Position numbers and translations under genes: made by a program. DNA of 32,000 nt from the NCBI RefSeq assembly GCF_000299365.1, contig NC_018655.1, forward strand, positions 750,001-782,000, read 5' to 3'. The notes under the pieces were generated by a model. The model made no database searches and was not told the DNA's origin. It saw only the letters and a list, made by a program, of their open reading frames with translations. The stretch is from Candidatus Nitrosopumilus koreensis AR1 (GTDB lineage Archaea; Thermoproteota; Nitrososphaeria; Nitrososphaerales; Nitrosopumilaceae). How positions within the stretch are numbered: the stretch's first letter is position 1; every line of letters begins with the position of its first letter. This document shows positions 18,125-27,230 of this stretch, in pieces.

Positions 18125-18427
18125 GTGACTGAAATTGCTTTAGGAAATTATGTAAAAGTGATTTCACCTGATTATGATGATAATTATGGAAAAACAGGTT
18201 TTGTTGGAGCAATAATTCAAAAACATGTAAAATTATTTTCAATTTACAGTTTTGAAGATGATCAAATTGAAGGTTTTGGAGATTATTCCGCCTCAGAGCT
18301 AAAGGATTTGGGAGAAAAAGTCTCTAAAGAAGATTTGATTTCCAGAATTGACAGTAAGGGATTGTCGGATGTTATGATTGGAGAGATGCAAAAATTACTA
18401 AATTCCCTTTACAAAACCAACACATGA
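18125..18427 (+). CDS. Hypothetical protein
   Basis: 100 aa ORF, MTEIALGNYVKVISPDYDDNYGKTGFVG.... The N-terminus resembles a small beta-barrel (SH3-like). Confidence 0.5.
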   Translation: MTEIALGNYVKVISPDYDDNYGKTGFVGAIIQKHVKLFSIYSFEDDQIEGFGDYSASELKDLGEKVSKEDLISRIDSKGLSDVMIGEMQKLLNSLYKTNT

Positions 18428-18828
18428 ATATTCAATCTAAATATCATTAAACTCAAACCTTAAAACAAGAAATAACAGATTAATTTCCAGATAGAACTTT
18501 TTGAGTTTCACGTCATCCTTACTGACTACTATCTAACACTGAAGAGCACAAAAAAATCTTACAAACAAGATCGTATTTTTTAATTTAAGTAATCTCTTTG
18601 TAGGAATTCGCACATACAGGATTTCACCTTGCTTGAAAGAGTACTATCTGGAACCCTCCTTGAATTTTAACTTTGAAATCTCTCAAAAACTATACCCGTA
18701 ATGTTTTTCAAAACTTTTTTAGAAATGAAAAGTTTGTTTTTTATAAACTCAGGCATGTTTCCTACCTAAAACCTTGCAAAAATGTCGAACATTCTTTATA
18801 ATGTTTTTCAGGGAAAAATAATAAATTT

Positions 18829-19413
18829 TTAGAACACAATATAGTCTAATGCTGACGCATCACTGATCAATCTTGTGTGTTTTGAGCCAACAACATATCC
18901 GTTTTTGATATCATTGGCTGGAATCCATCGATTGGTGGATGTATAATGTCTTTTTTCTTGCAATTCCCTTTCAATTGCTTCCACATCAAATTCGCCTTCT
19001 TCAACTTCTTGTGTTGTAAGATGTTTTATTGTTACAAGAATTTTTGTAACTTTGACTCTATCTCCAAACTTCCATTTTGAAGGCGGTGTCTCATCAGATA
19101 CTTCCAACACTTTGATTTTCATTTGTTTGTTTCCAAATGCATCATGACTGATCAAGGTCTTTTCATCTGTAAATTCTTCAAAACTGATTCTAGAATTTAC
19201 TTCTGCATCCGAAACTGTATCTAAAAGCGCTGCAGAGTTTATCTCTGATGATGGTTTTTCATCATAACTTCTGTTAATGTTAATTTCTGGTAGTTCTGGT
19301 TCTTGCGTATCAATATCTTCAGATTTTGAAGGGTTTTTAATTTCTTGAATTCTTTTAGCTTCTAATTCCCATTGTAATTGGGCTTCTTCATCTTTATTTG
19401 CTTCAGACAACAA
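18829..19413 (-). CDS. Hypothetical protein
   Basis: 194 aa ORF with no family motif recognised. Confidence 0.5.
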   Translation of the reverse strand: MLSEANKDEEAQLQWELEAKRIQEIKNPSKSEDIDTQEPELPEININRSYDEKPSSEINSAALLDTVSDAEVNSRISFEEFTDEKTLISHDAFGNKQMKIKVLEVSDETPPSKWKFGDRVKVTKILVTIKHLTTQEVEEGEFDVEAIERELQEKRHYTSTNRWIPANDIKNGYVVGSKHTRLISDASALDYIVF

Positions 19414-19467
19414 TTCTAATTCTTATTTATCCTTAAAAAACGATTTGCAGGTTTTGAAAAATTGGCT

Positions 19468-20061
19468 CTATGTACGTTGTTTTGTTTTAAATGGCATGTT
19501 GCATTCTTTAAGAGGCATCTCTTTTCGCATTCCATCTATTTTTGCATAAAATTTACCCTCATAGGTGCATACACAATCTGTAATTTCCTGAGTTTCGTCC
19601 CAAATTTTGTAAAATTCTCTTAGTTCTCGGCTTTCATACTTGCCTATGCCTATCCTTTTTTTGGATAAAAATTTGAATGCTAGTAGAACCTGTCTTTTTT
19701 TGTAAATATCAAAAGTCTTTATCCATTCTAAACATCGTTCAATTTGATCAGCAGGAACTGGTAATGAAGTACTTGTCCCAGACTTGGCTTCAATAGTAAA
19801 AATCGTGCTGTTATCTGTGTTTACCGCTAAAACATCAGGCAGCGCAATACTTGGAGATCCTAATCTAAAGGCTTTCCACTTTGGGGATGAGTTAAATCGT
19901 TTTACTAAGGTATCTTCCCACTGGTATCCTCTTTGCCTTCGTGTTTTTGCAGCTTTTTGATTATTTATTTTAGATATTTTTGAAAGTATTACTGTTTTTG
20001 ATTGCATGTTTGTTGTTCTCATTTTAGATATAGTAAGGTGGGTAATTACATAATAACTCAA
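19468..20061 (-). CDS. Putative Holliday-junction-resolvase/RecB-like nuclease (Hjc-like)
   Basis: RGYQWEDTLVKRFNSS..KAFRLGSPSIALPDVLAVNTDNSTIFTIEAKS....VPADQIERCLEW matches the E...GS..PD..A...(I)E.K...Q arrangement. Confidence 0.6.
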   Translation of the reverse strand: MSYYVITHLTISKMRTTNMQSKTVILSKISKINNQKAAKTRRQRGYQWEDTLVKRFNSSPKWKAFRLGSPSIALPDVLAVNTDNSTIFTIEAKSGTSTSLPVPADQIERCLEWIKTFDIYKKRQVLLAFKFLSKKRIGIGKYESRELREFYKIWDETQEITDCVCTYEGKFYAKIDGMRKEMPLKECNMPFKTKQRT

Positions 20062-20204
20062 TAAAAAGTCATTTTCGAATTAACATTTTTAAGATAATTT
20101 GTACAATATTTTATAATTCAAAAATGAATGTCGGTGACTGTTGTTAATTCAGCTTTCTGAGGTCATCGAACATTATCTAAATATGACTTAATTTTAAATC
20201 AATT

Positions 20205-20405
20205 ATGTCTGAAATTATAATTGAAAAATTACTTGAACAACGTGATTTTTACCTCAATACTCTAAAACAATTGGAATTTCAATTAGTAATGGAGCCATCT
20301 GAAAGTGAAATTAGTGGTATTGAGAAATTACAAAAAACGACCATTGATCAATTAAAAAAAGTGGAACAAGAAATTGCATATCTTACATCAGAAAAGTCAT
20401 TATGA
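20205..20405 (+). CDS. Small coiled-coil hypothetical protein
   Basis: 66 aa helical ORF upstream of the methyltransferase gene, same strand. Confidence 0.45.
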   Translation: MSEIIIEKLLEQRDFYLNTLKQLEFQLVMEPSESEISGIEKLQKTTIDQLKKVEQEIAYLTSEKSL

Positions 20406-20445
20406 TTTACAATGAGTTTATCAAGCCCTTATTTTTACAAAATCT

Positions 20446-21273
20446 ATGTTTGATGAAATTATTCAGAATCTTGTTTCAGTAAAGCGAGATTTTGCTAAAA
20501 ATTATTCAGGAAATGCACACATTCAAGAGGTAATTCCTGCTTCAAAGTCAGATAAATTCCCAATAGATGAAGGGCATTTAGAATTACTTCACAAATTTGC
20601 AGAAAAAAATCCTATCTATTTTAATTCATTTTATGAAAAAATCTTGAATGTGGATTGTGTAGTCTATGAAGGAGACATTAATGATTATTGGTTAAACAGC
20701 ATAAAGCATGGAACAAGTTGTCAGCCATTTTATCCCACATGGGTGATTTCGGCATATCTGATGACGTTGATTGCAAAACAATTAGGTTATGATGAATTAG
20801 TAGATATTGGTTCAGGGGATGGACGAATTGCTTTTTGTGGAAACATTTTGGGATTTACATCTCACAGTATTGAAATTGATGAGGGGCTTGTGGAATTACA
20901 GAAGTTAATTTGCACAGAGACACAAAATAATTTTGATCCAAATTGTGAAGATGCATTAGAATACGATTATTCAAAATTTCAATTAACAAACCCTGTATTT
21001 TTCATTGGAGGGTTGCCCCAAATGGGCGGAGATATGTTAGCTACGAGTATTATTGACAAAATAAATTCCATAAAAGAACTCAAAAATTCTACTGGGATAG
21101 TTTTTGCAGGAACTCATTCTAAACGTCAATTGTCTGGAAATTTGTCAGATGGTGGGTGGAGTTCATTAATTCAAAATCATAATTTACAAGTGGTTGAAAC
21201 AGTTTCGCTTCCAACTGTTTGGACATTTGATCAAACTACTGAAACCCCGTACATCTATACAAAATTCAATTAA
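20446..21273 (+). CDS. Class I SAM-dependent methyltransferase-like protein
   Basis: ELVDIGSGDGRIAFCGNILGFTSHSIEIDEGLV corresponds to methyltransferase motif I and the following acidic residue. Confidence 0.75.
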   Translation: MFDEIIQNLVSVKRDFAKNYSGNAHIQEVIPASKSDKFPIDEGHLELLHKFAEKNPIYFNSFYEKILNVDCVVYEGDINDYWLNSIKHGTSCQPFYPTWVISAYLMTLIAKQLGYDELVDIGSGDGRIAFCGNILGFTSHSIEIDEGLVELQKLICTETQNNFDPNCEDALEYDYSKFQLTNPVFFIGGLPQMGGDMLATSIIDKINSIKELKNSTGIVFAGTHSKRQLSGNLSDGGWSSLIQNHNLQVVETVSLPTVWTFDQTTETPYIYTKFN

Positions 21274-21574
21274 CCTCAAAAAAATAATTTCCTTCACGCA
21301 TACCACATTTTGCAATTTTTACTGTTTGGTCAACATGTGGCTCTCCTAAGATTTTTGCCATGATTTTAATTGAATTCTCCATTTCAACAATGCCGAAACA
21401 CTCTTTATTTTGCCTAGAGAATTCAATTATCCTGCCTTGAAAATCCCCTTCTTTTAGAGATACTTTGCCCAGACAATGACTGCAAAATTCAGAGGGTGGC
21501 CATACAATTTTTTTACAAGTAATACATTCAGGGATAGTAAAATTCCCTTTGGATAATTCTAACTCAAAACTCAT
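21266..21574 (-). CDS. DUF35 OB-fold / rubredoxin-like zinc ribbon protein (acyl-CoA associated)
   Basis: CITCKKIVWPPSEFCSHCLGKVSL zinc ribbon. 4-bp overlap with the thiolase ORF. Confidence 0.8.
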   Translation of the reverse strand: MSFELELSKGNFTIPECITCKKIVWPPSEFCSHCLGKVSLKEGDFQGRIIEFSRQNKECFGIVEMENSIKIMAKILGEPHVDQTVKIAKCGMREGNYFFEVN

Positions 21575-22679
21575 TTTTCTAACACCAAAATGGTTGAAGA
21601 GGTTGCAGCAGCTGACATGTTGTGGACTAATCCCACTTGTGCATTTTCAACTTGTCTGTTTTTTGCATTTGATTGTAATTGTTGTGTAATCTCTATCGTT
21701 TGAGCGATACCTGTTGCTCCAAGAGGGTGGCCTGAACCAATCAATCCTCCTCTAGGATTAACCTTGTAATTTTTTGTTTCATAAAGTTCTTTGACTAAAT
21801 CTGTCCCCTTACCGGGTTTAGAAAATCCTATTGCTTCTAATGCCATGGGTTCACAAACAGAAAATGCATCATGAATTTCCACTACATCCACATCTGAAAT
21901 ATTTTTACCAGACATTTCTAATGCTGTTCTACTAGCCATCTTTGTTGAATTCATTGTGTTAAAAGATTCACTTTTTGTAAATCCTGCAGAAATTGTTTTT
22001 TGACCTATGCCTGATATCCATACAGGATGATCAGTAATCTTTTTCATAATATTTTCTGATGCTAAAATAATTGATGCGCTACCTGTACAAGGTCTAGAAC
22101 AATCAAGTAATCTAAGATCATCAGTAATTTTTTTGAATTAATTACATCTTTCATTAAATATGTTTTTTTTGAAAGTGCATTTGGGTTGTTTTGAGCTTGT
22201 TTGTGATTTTTTATTGGTATCCAAGACAGTTGTTCATCTGTAACAGAATATTTTCGTTTATAGGAACTTGTAAAAATTGATGCCCAAAATATTGGATGTT
22301 TGAATTCCCCTCTGGAATTATCCCATTCTAAAACCTGACCAGGACTATCATATCTTTCAGCTCCACTAACTAGTACCATGTCTGCAAGACCTGAAGCGAT
22401 ATAGGAATATGCTGAAACTATGGAATTTGTGCCTGAATTGCATAAATTTTCTATAGAATGAGCTATTTTGGGTTGAATTCCAATCATCTCGGAAAGAACA
22501 GGTGAGAGATATTTTGAATTATTATTTGTCGATACCAATACTGCGTCAATATCACTTTTTTGGATGCTGGTATTATTTTCAAGAAGAACTTTGGCAGATT
22601 CAAAAAGAGTTGATTCTATTTTTTTATCTTCTTTAGTAAATGGAGTAATCCCATATGCTCCAATTCCAACTCTTTTCAT
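21571..22679 (-). CDS. Thiolase (acetyl-CoA acetyltransferase-like), split by an apparent 1-nt frameshift at 22128-22134
   Basis: N-part 22062-22679 and C-part 21571-22047. Restoring the frame gives KKITDDLRLLDCSRPCTGSASIILASENIM, linking the two parts. SIENLCNSG active Cys, EIHDAF and GGLIGSGHPLGATG are present. Confidence 0.85.
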
Positions 22680-22681
22680 TT

Positions 22682-23656
22682 TTATTCATCCAAGAATGTT
22701 TTTTGTAGAACTCTAAATGATTCCATAGTGTTTCCAACGGGATTAAATTGTATTATTGGTAAATCAATTCCTGTATCACTAAATGTTTGAAGTTGTTTTT
22801 TACATTCTTCGGGGGTACCAGATATAGTTAGTTCCTTTAACATAGAATCTGGAATTAATTCATGGTTCGATGTAAATCCTGATTTTTTAAATTCTTCAAA
22901 TATGTTTGATGTTTCATTTTCAAAGCCATTTTTTGCTAAAAATTCACGATAAATTTTTCCAACAGATATGTAAAATGCTAATGTTTTTTTTGCACGATCA
23001 ATTGCTTCTTGTGAATTTTCTGAAACACATGTGATTATTTGACATGTAACATCTATCTTTCTTTTTGATTGCATTTTTGAAATTGTGTCTTTCATTTCAT
23101 TTTTAGGTCTGAGATAAAAAATCACACCATCTCCAATATCCAATGTTAAATCCACCATTTTTTTATTAACTGCTGCAATGTAAATTGGGATGGATTCTCT
23201 TTGGGGTTTAACTAATAATGTAAAATTTTTCAAATTAAAAATCTCTCCTGAGTAATTAATTGGTTTTCCAGATAATGCCAGTTTAATTATTTCGACATAC
23301 TCTTTCATTCTTTTTAATGGATTTTCGAATTTGTATCCGTGAAAAGTTTCTACAATCGGTACGCTGCTTGTTCCAAGACCCAGAATCAGCCTTCCATTAG
23401 ATATGGTGTCTACGGTTACTGCCCCCATTGCAATTGCTACAGGACTTCGAGAGTAGATGTTAATGATGGATGAGCCTATTTTTTGTACAGATGTTTTGCT
23501 TGATACCGCACTTAACATTGAGAAATTCTCCATTCCCCATGTTTCAGGTACCCAAATTGTATCTGTTTTAGTATTCGATATGATTTCGGCACAATTTAAC
23601 ACCTCCTTTATTGAAAGCATTGAACCCAGACTGCACGCAATACGCATGAAATTCAT
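22682..23656 (-). CDS. LLM-class (luciferase-like, possibly F420-dependent) oxidoreductase
   Basis: 324 aa. DTIWVPETWGMENF, SNGRLILGLGTSS and ENPLKRMKEYVEIIKLALSG. TIM-barrel family pattern. Confidence 0.85.
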   Translation of the reverse strand: MNFMRIACSLGSMLSIKEVLNCAEIISNTKTDTIWVPETWGMENFSMLSAVSSKTSVQKIGSSIINIYSRSPVAIAMGAVTVDTISNGRLILGLGTSSVPIVETFHGYKFENPLKRMKEYVEIIKLALSGKPINYSGEIFNLKNFTLLVKPQRESIPIYIAAVNKKMVDLTLDIGDGVIFYLRPKNEMKDTISKMQSKRKIDVTCQIITCVSENSQEAIDRAKKTLAFYISVGKIYREFLAKNGFENETSNIFEEFKKSGFTSNHELIPDSMLKELTISGTPEECKKQLQTFSDTGIDLPIIQFNPVGNTMESFRVLQKTFLDE

Positions 23657-23691
23657 ACATTGATTGGATATTCTAGTGTTCTGTTTTAGTA

Positions 23692-23895
23692 TTGGGTAAA
23701 TTTTCCTTGAGGCGCCATATTATCAGAAAATCTGTAAAAGATAATCTGTTGAGTGAACAAATATTTGCACAAAAGCCCTCTCAAGATTCCACTTTTTGGA
23801 ATGATGCTACAAGATATGCTGCTGCTAGCAAAGATGAATCCTTTGTAGAAGAAGTAGCATACATGATGGTTACATTGCACAGAACTGGTGCATAA
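23692..23895 (+). CDS. Small hypothetical protein
   Basis: 67 aa ORF divergent from the LLM gene. Preferred over the overlapping minus-strand ORF on composition. Confidence 0.4.
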   Translation: MGKFSLRRHIIRKSVKDNLLSEQIFAQKPSQDSTFWNDATRYAAASKDESFVEEVAYMMVTLHRTGA

Positions 23896-23904
23896 AACAA
23901 AATT

Positions 23905-24582
23905 TCATTTTATTATTTTCTCTATCTCTAATGCACATTCTTCCATATCTTTGAACGAATCTACAGAATACCATTTTGCATTTTTGAATTTAACCGTGTT
24001 TAGAATACCTTTTTTTGCATATTTTGGAAAAACTGTTTTTTCGATATCACCTTTGTTTGGTAATTCTTTTAGTATGTCTTTTTCTAAATGATAAATCCCT
24101 GCATTCATCCAAGTGTCTGGAATTTCTTTTTTTTCTTTAAAATTCAAAATTTTATCATCATTGGTTTCCAAAATTCCGTATTTTGTTCTCAATTCAATTG
24201 CGGCAATAGCATTTTTCTTTTTTTGAAGTTTCTTTAAATCGATATTTGTTATTGTGTCCCCGTTTAATACAAAAAAGGATTTTTCCTTGATCATTTTTCC
24301 TGCTTTTTTAATTGCACCTCCAGTTCCAAGTGGGAATTTTTCTGGAGAGAATTTAATTTTAATTCCAATGTTTTTCATGTTTAGGTGATTTTCAATCATC
24401 TCTGTTTTGTATCCCGTACAAATAATAACTTCCTTAACTCCAAATTTTTTAAGATATCTTATTTGCCATTCTATTATGGGAATGTTTTTTATTGGAACAA
24501 GTGGTTTTGGCACATAATCTGTCACTGGTTTTAGGCGTTTTCCACGACCGCCTGCCAGTATTATTGCTTTCAATAAAATCAC
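23905..24582 (-). CDS. Sugar-phosphate nucleotidyltransferase
   Basis: KAIILAGGRGKRLKPVTDYVPKPLVPIKNIPIIEW, FVLNGDTITNID and TWMNAGIY. Confidence 0.9.
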   Translation of the reverse strand: MILLKAIILAGGRGKRLKPVTDYVPKPLVPIKNIPIIEWQIRYLKKFGVKEVIICTGYKTEMIENHLNMKNIGIKIKFSPEKFPLGTGGAIKKAGKMIKEKSFFVLNGDTITNIDLKKLQKKKNAIAAIELRTKYGILETNDDKILNFKEKKEIPDTWMNAGIYHLEKDILKELPNKGDIEKTVFPKYAKKGILNTVKFKNAKWYSVDSFKDMEECALEIEKIIK

Positions 24583-24608
24583 TCTATATGTACAGTATAT
24601 GAAAATGT

Positions 24609-24863
24609 CTAATCTTGTTTTATCTCTTTTTTTGATTCATTGGATTCTACAACTGCCTCCATTTTTTTTGCAAATTCGTTGTAAATTTTTTCCAAATCTT
24701 TAAGAGGCATTTCAGTTCCTAAGAGTTTCATGGTTTTATGCCACGATTCAATGTATTTTTCATCATCAAATCCTTTTCCCAGGGTTTCTGCAATAGAATT
24801 AAGTCCCTCAGTTTTCCCTAAGGCATAAATGGCTATTTCACGTTCAGTTAGCATTATTCTCAC
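24609..24863 (-). CDS. Small hypothetical protein
   Basis: 84 aa ORF, GTG start at 24863 or ATG at 24854. Confidence 0.5.
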   Translation of the reverse strand: MRIMLTEREIAIYALGKTEGLNSIAETLGKGFDDEKYIESWHKTMKLLGTEMPLKDLEKIYNEFAKKMEAVVESNESKKEIKQD

Positions 24864-24980
24864 TTTCTGTCATATAGTAATGTAATTCAGTATAACATTC
24901 TACACAATATTCTTCATAATCAGTATGATCGCAATCATATACTTTTTTTACATCATTGTTACATTTTGCACAAATTGGCA
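24844..24980 (-). CDS. Possible 45-aa zinc-binding microprotein with a frameshift at an A6 run
   Basis: With one added A: MPICAKCNNDVKKVYDCDHTDYEEYCVECYTELHYYMTESENNAN*. The unshifted frame ends as MPICAKCNNDVKKYMIAIILIMKNIV*. Confidence 0.45.
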
Positions 24981-24992
24981 TGATGTTATCAA

Positions 24993-25382
24993 TTAAGATT
25001 TTGTAATTTTAATTCCGCCCAAAGCCAATTGGACAATGGCGGGGATAAATAACATTGCAGTTGATGCCACAGGATCTCTATCTGAAGACTCTGCTGCAGG
25101 TGCAGGATTTGCTAAAACAACAACTCCTCCAACTATAATTAAAATTCCTGAAATAATGATCATAATTCCTAATCCTTTTGATGGTTCTTTTCTAGAAATG
25201 AAAAATGCAATAATTGGCAAAATCAATGCAGGTCCACCCAGACCTATGCCTCGTTGCATGTGATCAAGTGGCAAAAACCCATTATCACTATCTGAAGACA
25301 TTGCAACTGCTACATCTGCTGCATAAATTACAAGTAATCCTATTGCGATTCCTGTAATGATTAATGCTGCACTTAATGCCAT
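24993..25382 (-). CDS. Membrane hypothetical protein, about 4 TM segments
   Basis: 129 aa ORF with hydrophobic stretches ALIITGIAIGLLVIYAADVAVA, ALILPIIAFFI, GIMIIISGILIIVGGVVVL and AMLFIPAIVQLAL. Confidence 0.6.
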   Translation of the reverse strand: MALSAALIITGIAIGLLVIYAADVAVAMSSDSDNGFLPLDHMQRGIGLGGPALILPIIAFFISRKEPSKGLGIMIIISGILIIVGGVVVLANPAPAAESSDRDPVASTAMLFIPAIVQLALGGIKITKS

Positions 25383-25412
25383 GTTGATTTTTTCCCTTCA
25401 CAACTAATAAAC

Positions 25413-26570
25413 CTAATCAGCAGATTGAACTACTGCTCTGGGTTTTATGGTTTCTAATTTTTCAAGTAACTCTTCAACGGATTCATTATTTCCTGCAATG
25501 AGATTAAAATGACCTAGTTTTCTCATAGGTTTGGAAATTTTTTTACCATACATTTTGAGAAACAGGTTTTGATCAGGAATTACTAATGGTTTGTATTCCC
25601 CTTGAAAAGATTTTGCGCCTAGTATGTTATACATAATTGTTGGACGTAAAAGTTTGGTACTGCCAAGTTCTAATCCCAAAATTGCACGCAAGTGTTGTTC
25701 AAACTGAGATGTTTCACTTGACTGTAAAGTGTGATGTCCGGAATTATGTACTCTTGGTGCAATTTCATTAATTACAATTTGATCATCTTGTGTTACAAAC
25801 ATTTCAATCCCAAATACCCCTGCACCTTTCAATACATCCATAGTTTGATTGGCAATCTTTTCAGCTTTTTGAGTTACATCTGCAGAAACTCTTGCAGGAG
25901 CAATTGTTTCACGTAAAATATTTTCTTCATGAATATTTTCAACAAGAGGAAATGTTGTGATTTGACCTTTTGTATTTCTAGCTGCGATTACTGAGACTTC
26001 CATTTTGAACGGAACAAATTTTTCTAACATTAATTTCTGACCTTTAAAATAATCAAATGATGTTTGAATCATATCTTCTGAATCAATCTTGAAATTGCCT
26101 CTTCCATCATATGCATCTCTTCTTGCTTTTAGCAAAGCAGGATATCCAAATTGTTTCAAACCCTCTTTAACATCTTCGATATTTGAAACCTCTATAAATT
26201 CAGGAACAGGAATGTTGTGTTCTTTTAGAAATGTTTTTTGCAAAAATTTGTCTTGAATTGTATGCAATGTCTCTGGAGAGGGATTAATTTCCGCATTTTT
26301 CTCAACAGATTTTAACACATCGCTGTCTCCTGATTCAATTTCATATGTGATGATGTCTGATTTTTTTGATAATTCAACTATGGCATCTTTTTCCTTAAAA
26401 TCTGCTATAATTTGCTCAGCTCCAACTTGTGCAGCAGGACAATTTTCAGTAGGGTCTAACACTATAACTTTTGAAACATATTCTGGCATTTTTTTGGCAG
26501 CCTCGGTAATCATCATGCCAAGTTGTCCCCCTCCAATAATCCCCAAAATTTTTGCCATTGCCTCATTCAA
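25413..26570 (-). CDS. purK: N5-carboxyaminoimidazole ribonucleotide synthase
   Basis: ILGIIGGGQLGMMITEAAKKMP, ATP-grasp region PALLKARRDAYDGRGNF, EIAPRVHNSGHHT. Start probably the ATG at 26558. Confidence 0.93.
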   Translation of the reverse strand: MNEAMAKILGIIGGGQLGMMITEAAKKMPEYVSKVIVLDPTENCPAAQVGAEQIIADFKEKDAIVELSKKSDIITYEIESGDSDVLKSVEKNAEINPSPETLHTIQDKFLQKTFLKEHNIPVPEFIEVSNIEDVKEGLKQFGYPALLKARRDAYDGRGNFKIDSEDMIQTSFDYFKGQKLMLEKFVPFKMEVSVIAARNTKGQITTFPLVENIHEENILRETIAPARVSADVTQKAEKIANQTMDVLKGAGVFGIEMFVTQDDQIVINEIAPRVHNSGHHTLQSSETSQFEQHLRAILGLELGSTKLLRPTIMYNILGAKSFQGEYKPLVIPDQNLFLKMYGKKISKPMRKLGHFNLIAGNNESVEELLEKLETIKPRAVVQSAD

Positions 26571-26583
26571 ATTTATCGAATAA

Positions 26584-26601
26584 AAATAGCTAATGCTATT
26601 T
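26584..26601. promoter_or_regulatory. Inverted repeat AAATAGC-TAAT-GCTATTT in the purK/purE divergent intergenic region
   Basis: Perfect 7-bp arms with a 4-bp spacer, between the divergent starts. Confidence 0.35.
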
Positions 26602-26654
26602 ACAATTTTTTGATAATAGTTATTGTTAATTACTCTCTAGTTTTTTCTAATATT

Positions 26655-27230
26655 GTGACATATTCAAAAAAACCATTGATTGGAATAATCATGGGATCTG
26701 GTTCTGATAGCAGGATCATGAAAGGAGCAGCTGAGATTTTTGATAAATTTAAAATTAAACATGAGGATCAAATCATTTCTGCACATAGAACTCCTTCAAG
26801 ATTAGCAGAGTATGCACAACATGCTGAAAAAATGGGGTTTAAGGTAATTATTGCAGGCGCAGGTGGAGCTGCACATTTGCCAGGAATGATGGCATCTCAC
26901 ACAATTATCCCTGTAATCGGTGTGCCCATTCTAGTATACAATGATAAACATCCGAAAAAGACAGATACGGCAAAATTTTCTGCCTTTGGAGGGTTGGATT
27001 CATTGTTGTCAATTACTGAAATGCCTTCAGGATCTCCTGTTGTTTCAGTAGGAGTGAACAAAGCTGGAAATGCTGGAATATATGCAATGAAAATTCTTGC
27101 AAATGAATTTCCAGAATTAAAAAAGAAATTAAAACAACACAAATCAGATCAACATCAATCGGTTCTCAAAGAATCAGAACAATTGAAAAAAGAAGGATTA
27201 TCTAAATTTACAGAAAAGAAATTCAAATAA
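26655..27230 (+). CDS. purE: N5-carboxyaminoimidazole ribonucleotide mutase
   Basis: PLIGIIMGSGSDSRIM, SAHRTPSRLAEYA, GAGGAAHLPGMMASHT. The GTG at 26655 is a better start than the ORF-track start at 26523. Confidence 0.92.
   Translation: MTYSKKPLIGIIMGSGSDSRIMKGAAEIFDKFKIKHEDQIISAHRTPSRLAEYAQHAEKMGFKVIIAGAGGAAHLPGMMASHTIIPVIGVPILVYNDKHPKKTDTAKFSAFGGLDSLLSITEMPSGSPVVSVGVNKAGNAGIYAMKILANEFPELKKKLKQHKSDQHQSVLKESEQLKKEGLSKFTEKKFK

Noticed and set aside
16438-20061. Provirus or genomic island
   Set aside because: The stretch is rich in hypothetical genes and has an Hjc-like nuclease and an AbiTii-like gene, but there is no integrase, capsid, portal or att-like repeat, so an island call is not supported.
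23686-23880. 64-aa minus-strand ORF
   Set aside because: Overlaps the more plausible + strand ORF 23692-23895, and its Cys/Ser/Phe-rich composition looks like a shadow frame.
26523-26654. N-terminal extension of purE in the ORF track
   Set aside because: Its first 44 residues (MSPSNNPQNF...) do not resemble PurE and overlap the purK start. The GTG at 26655 begins the conserved protein.
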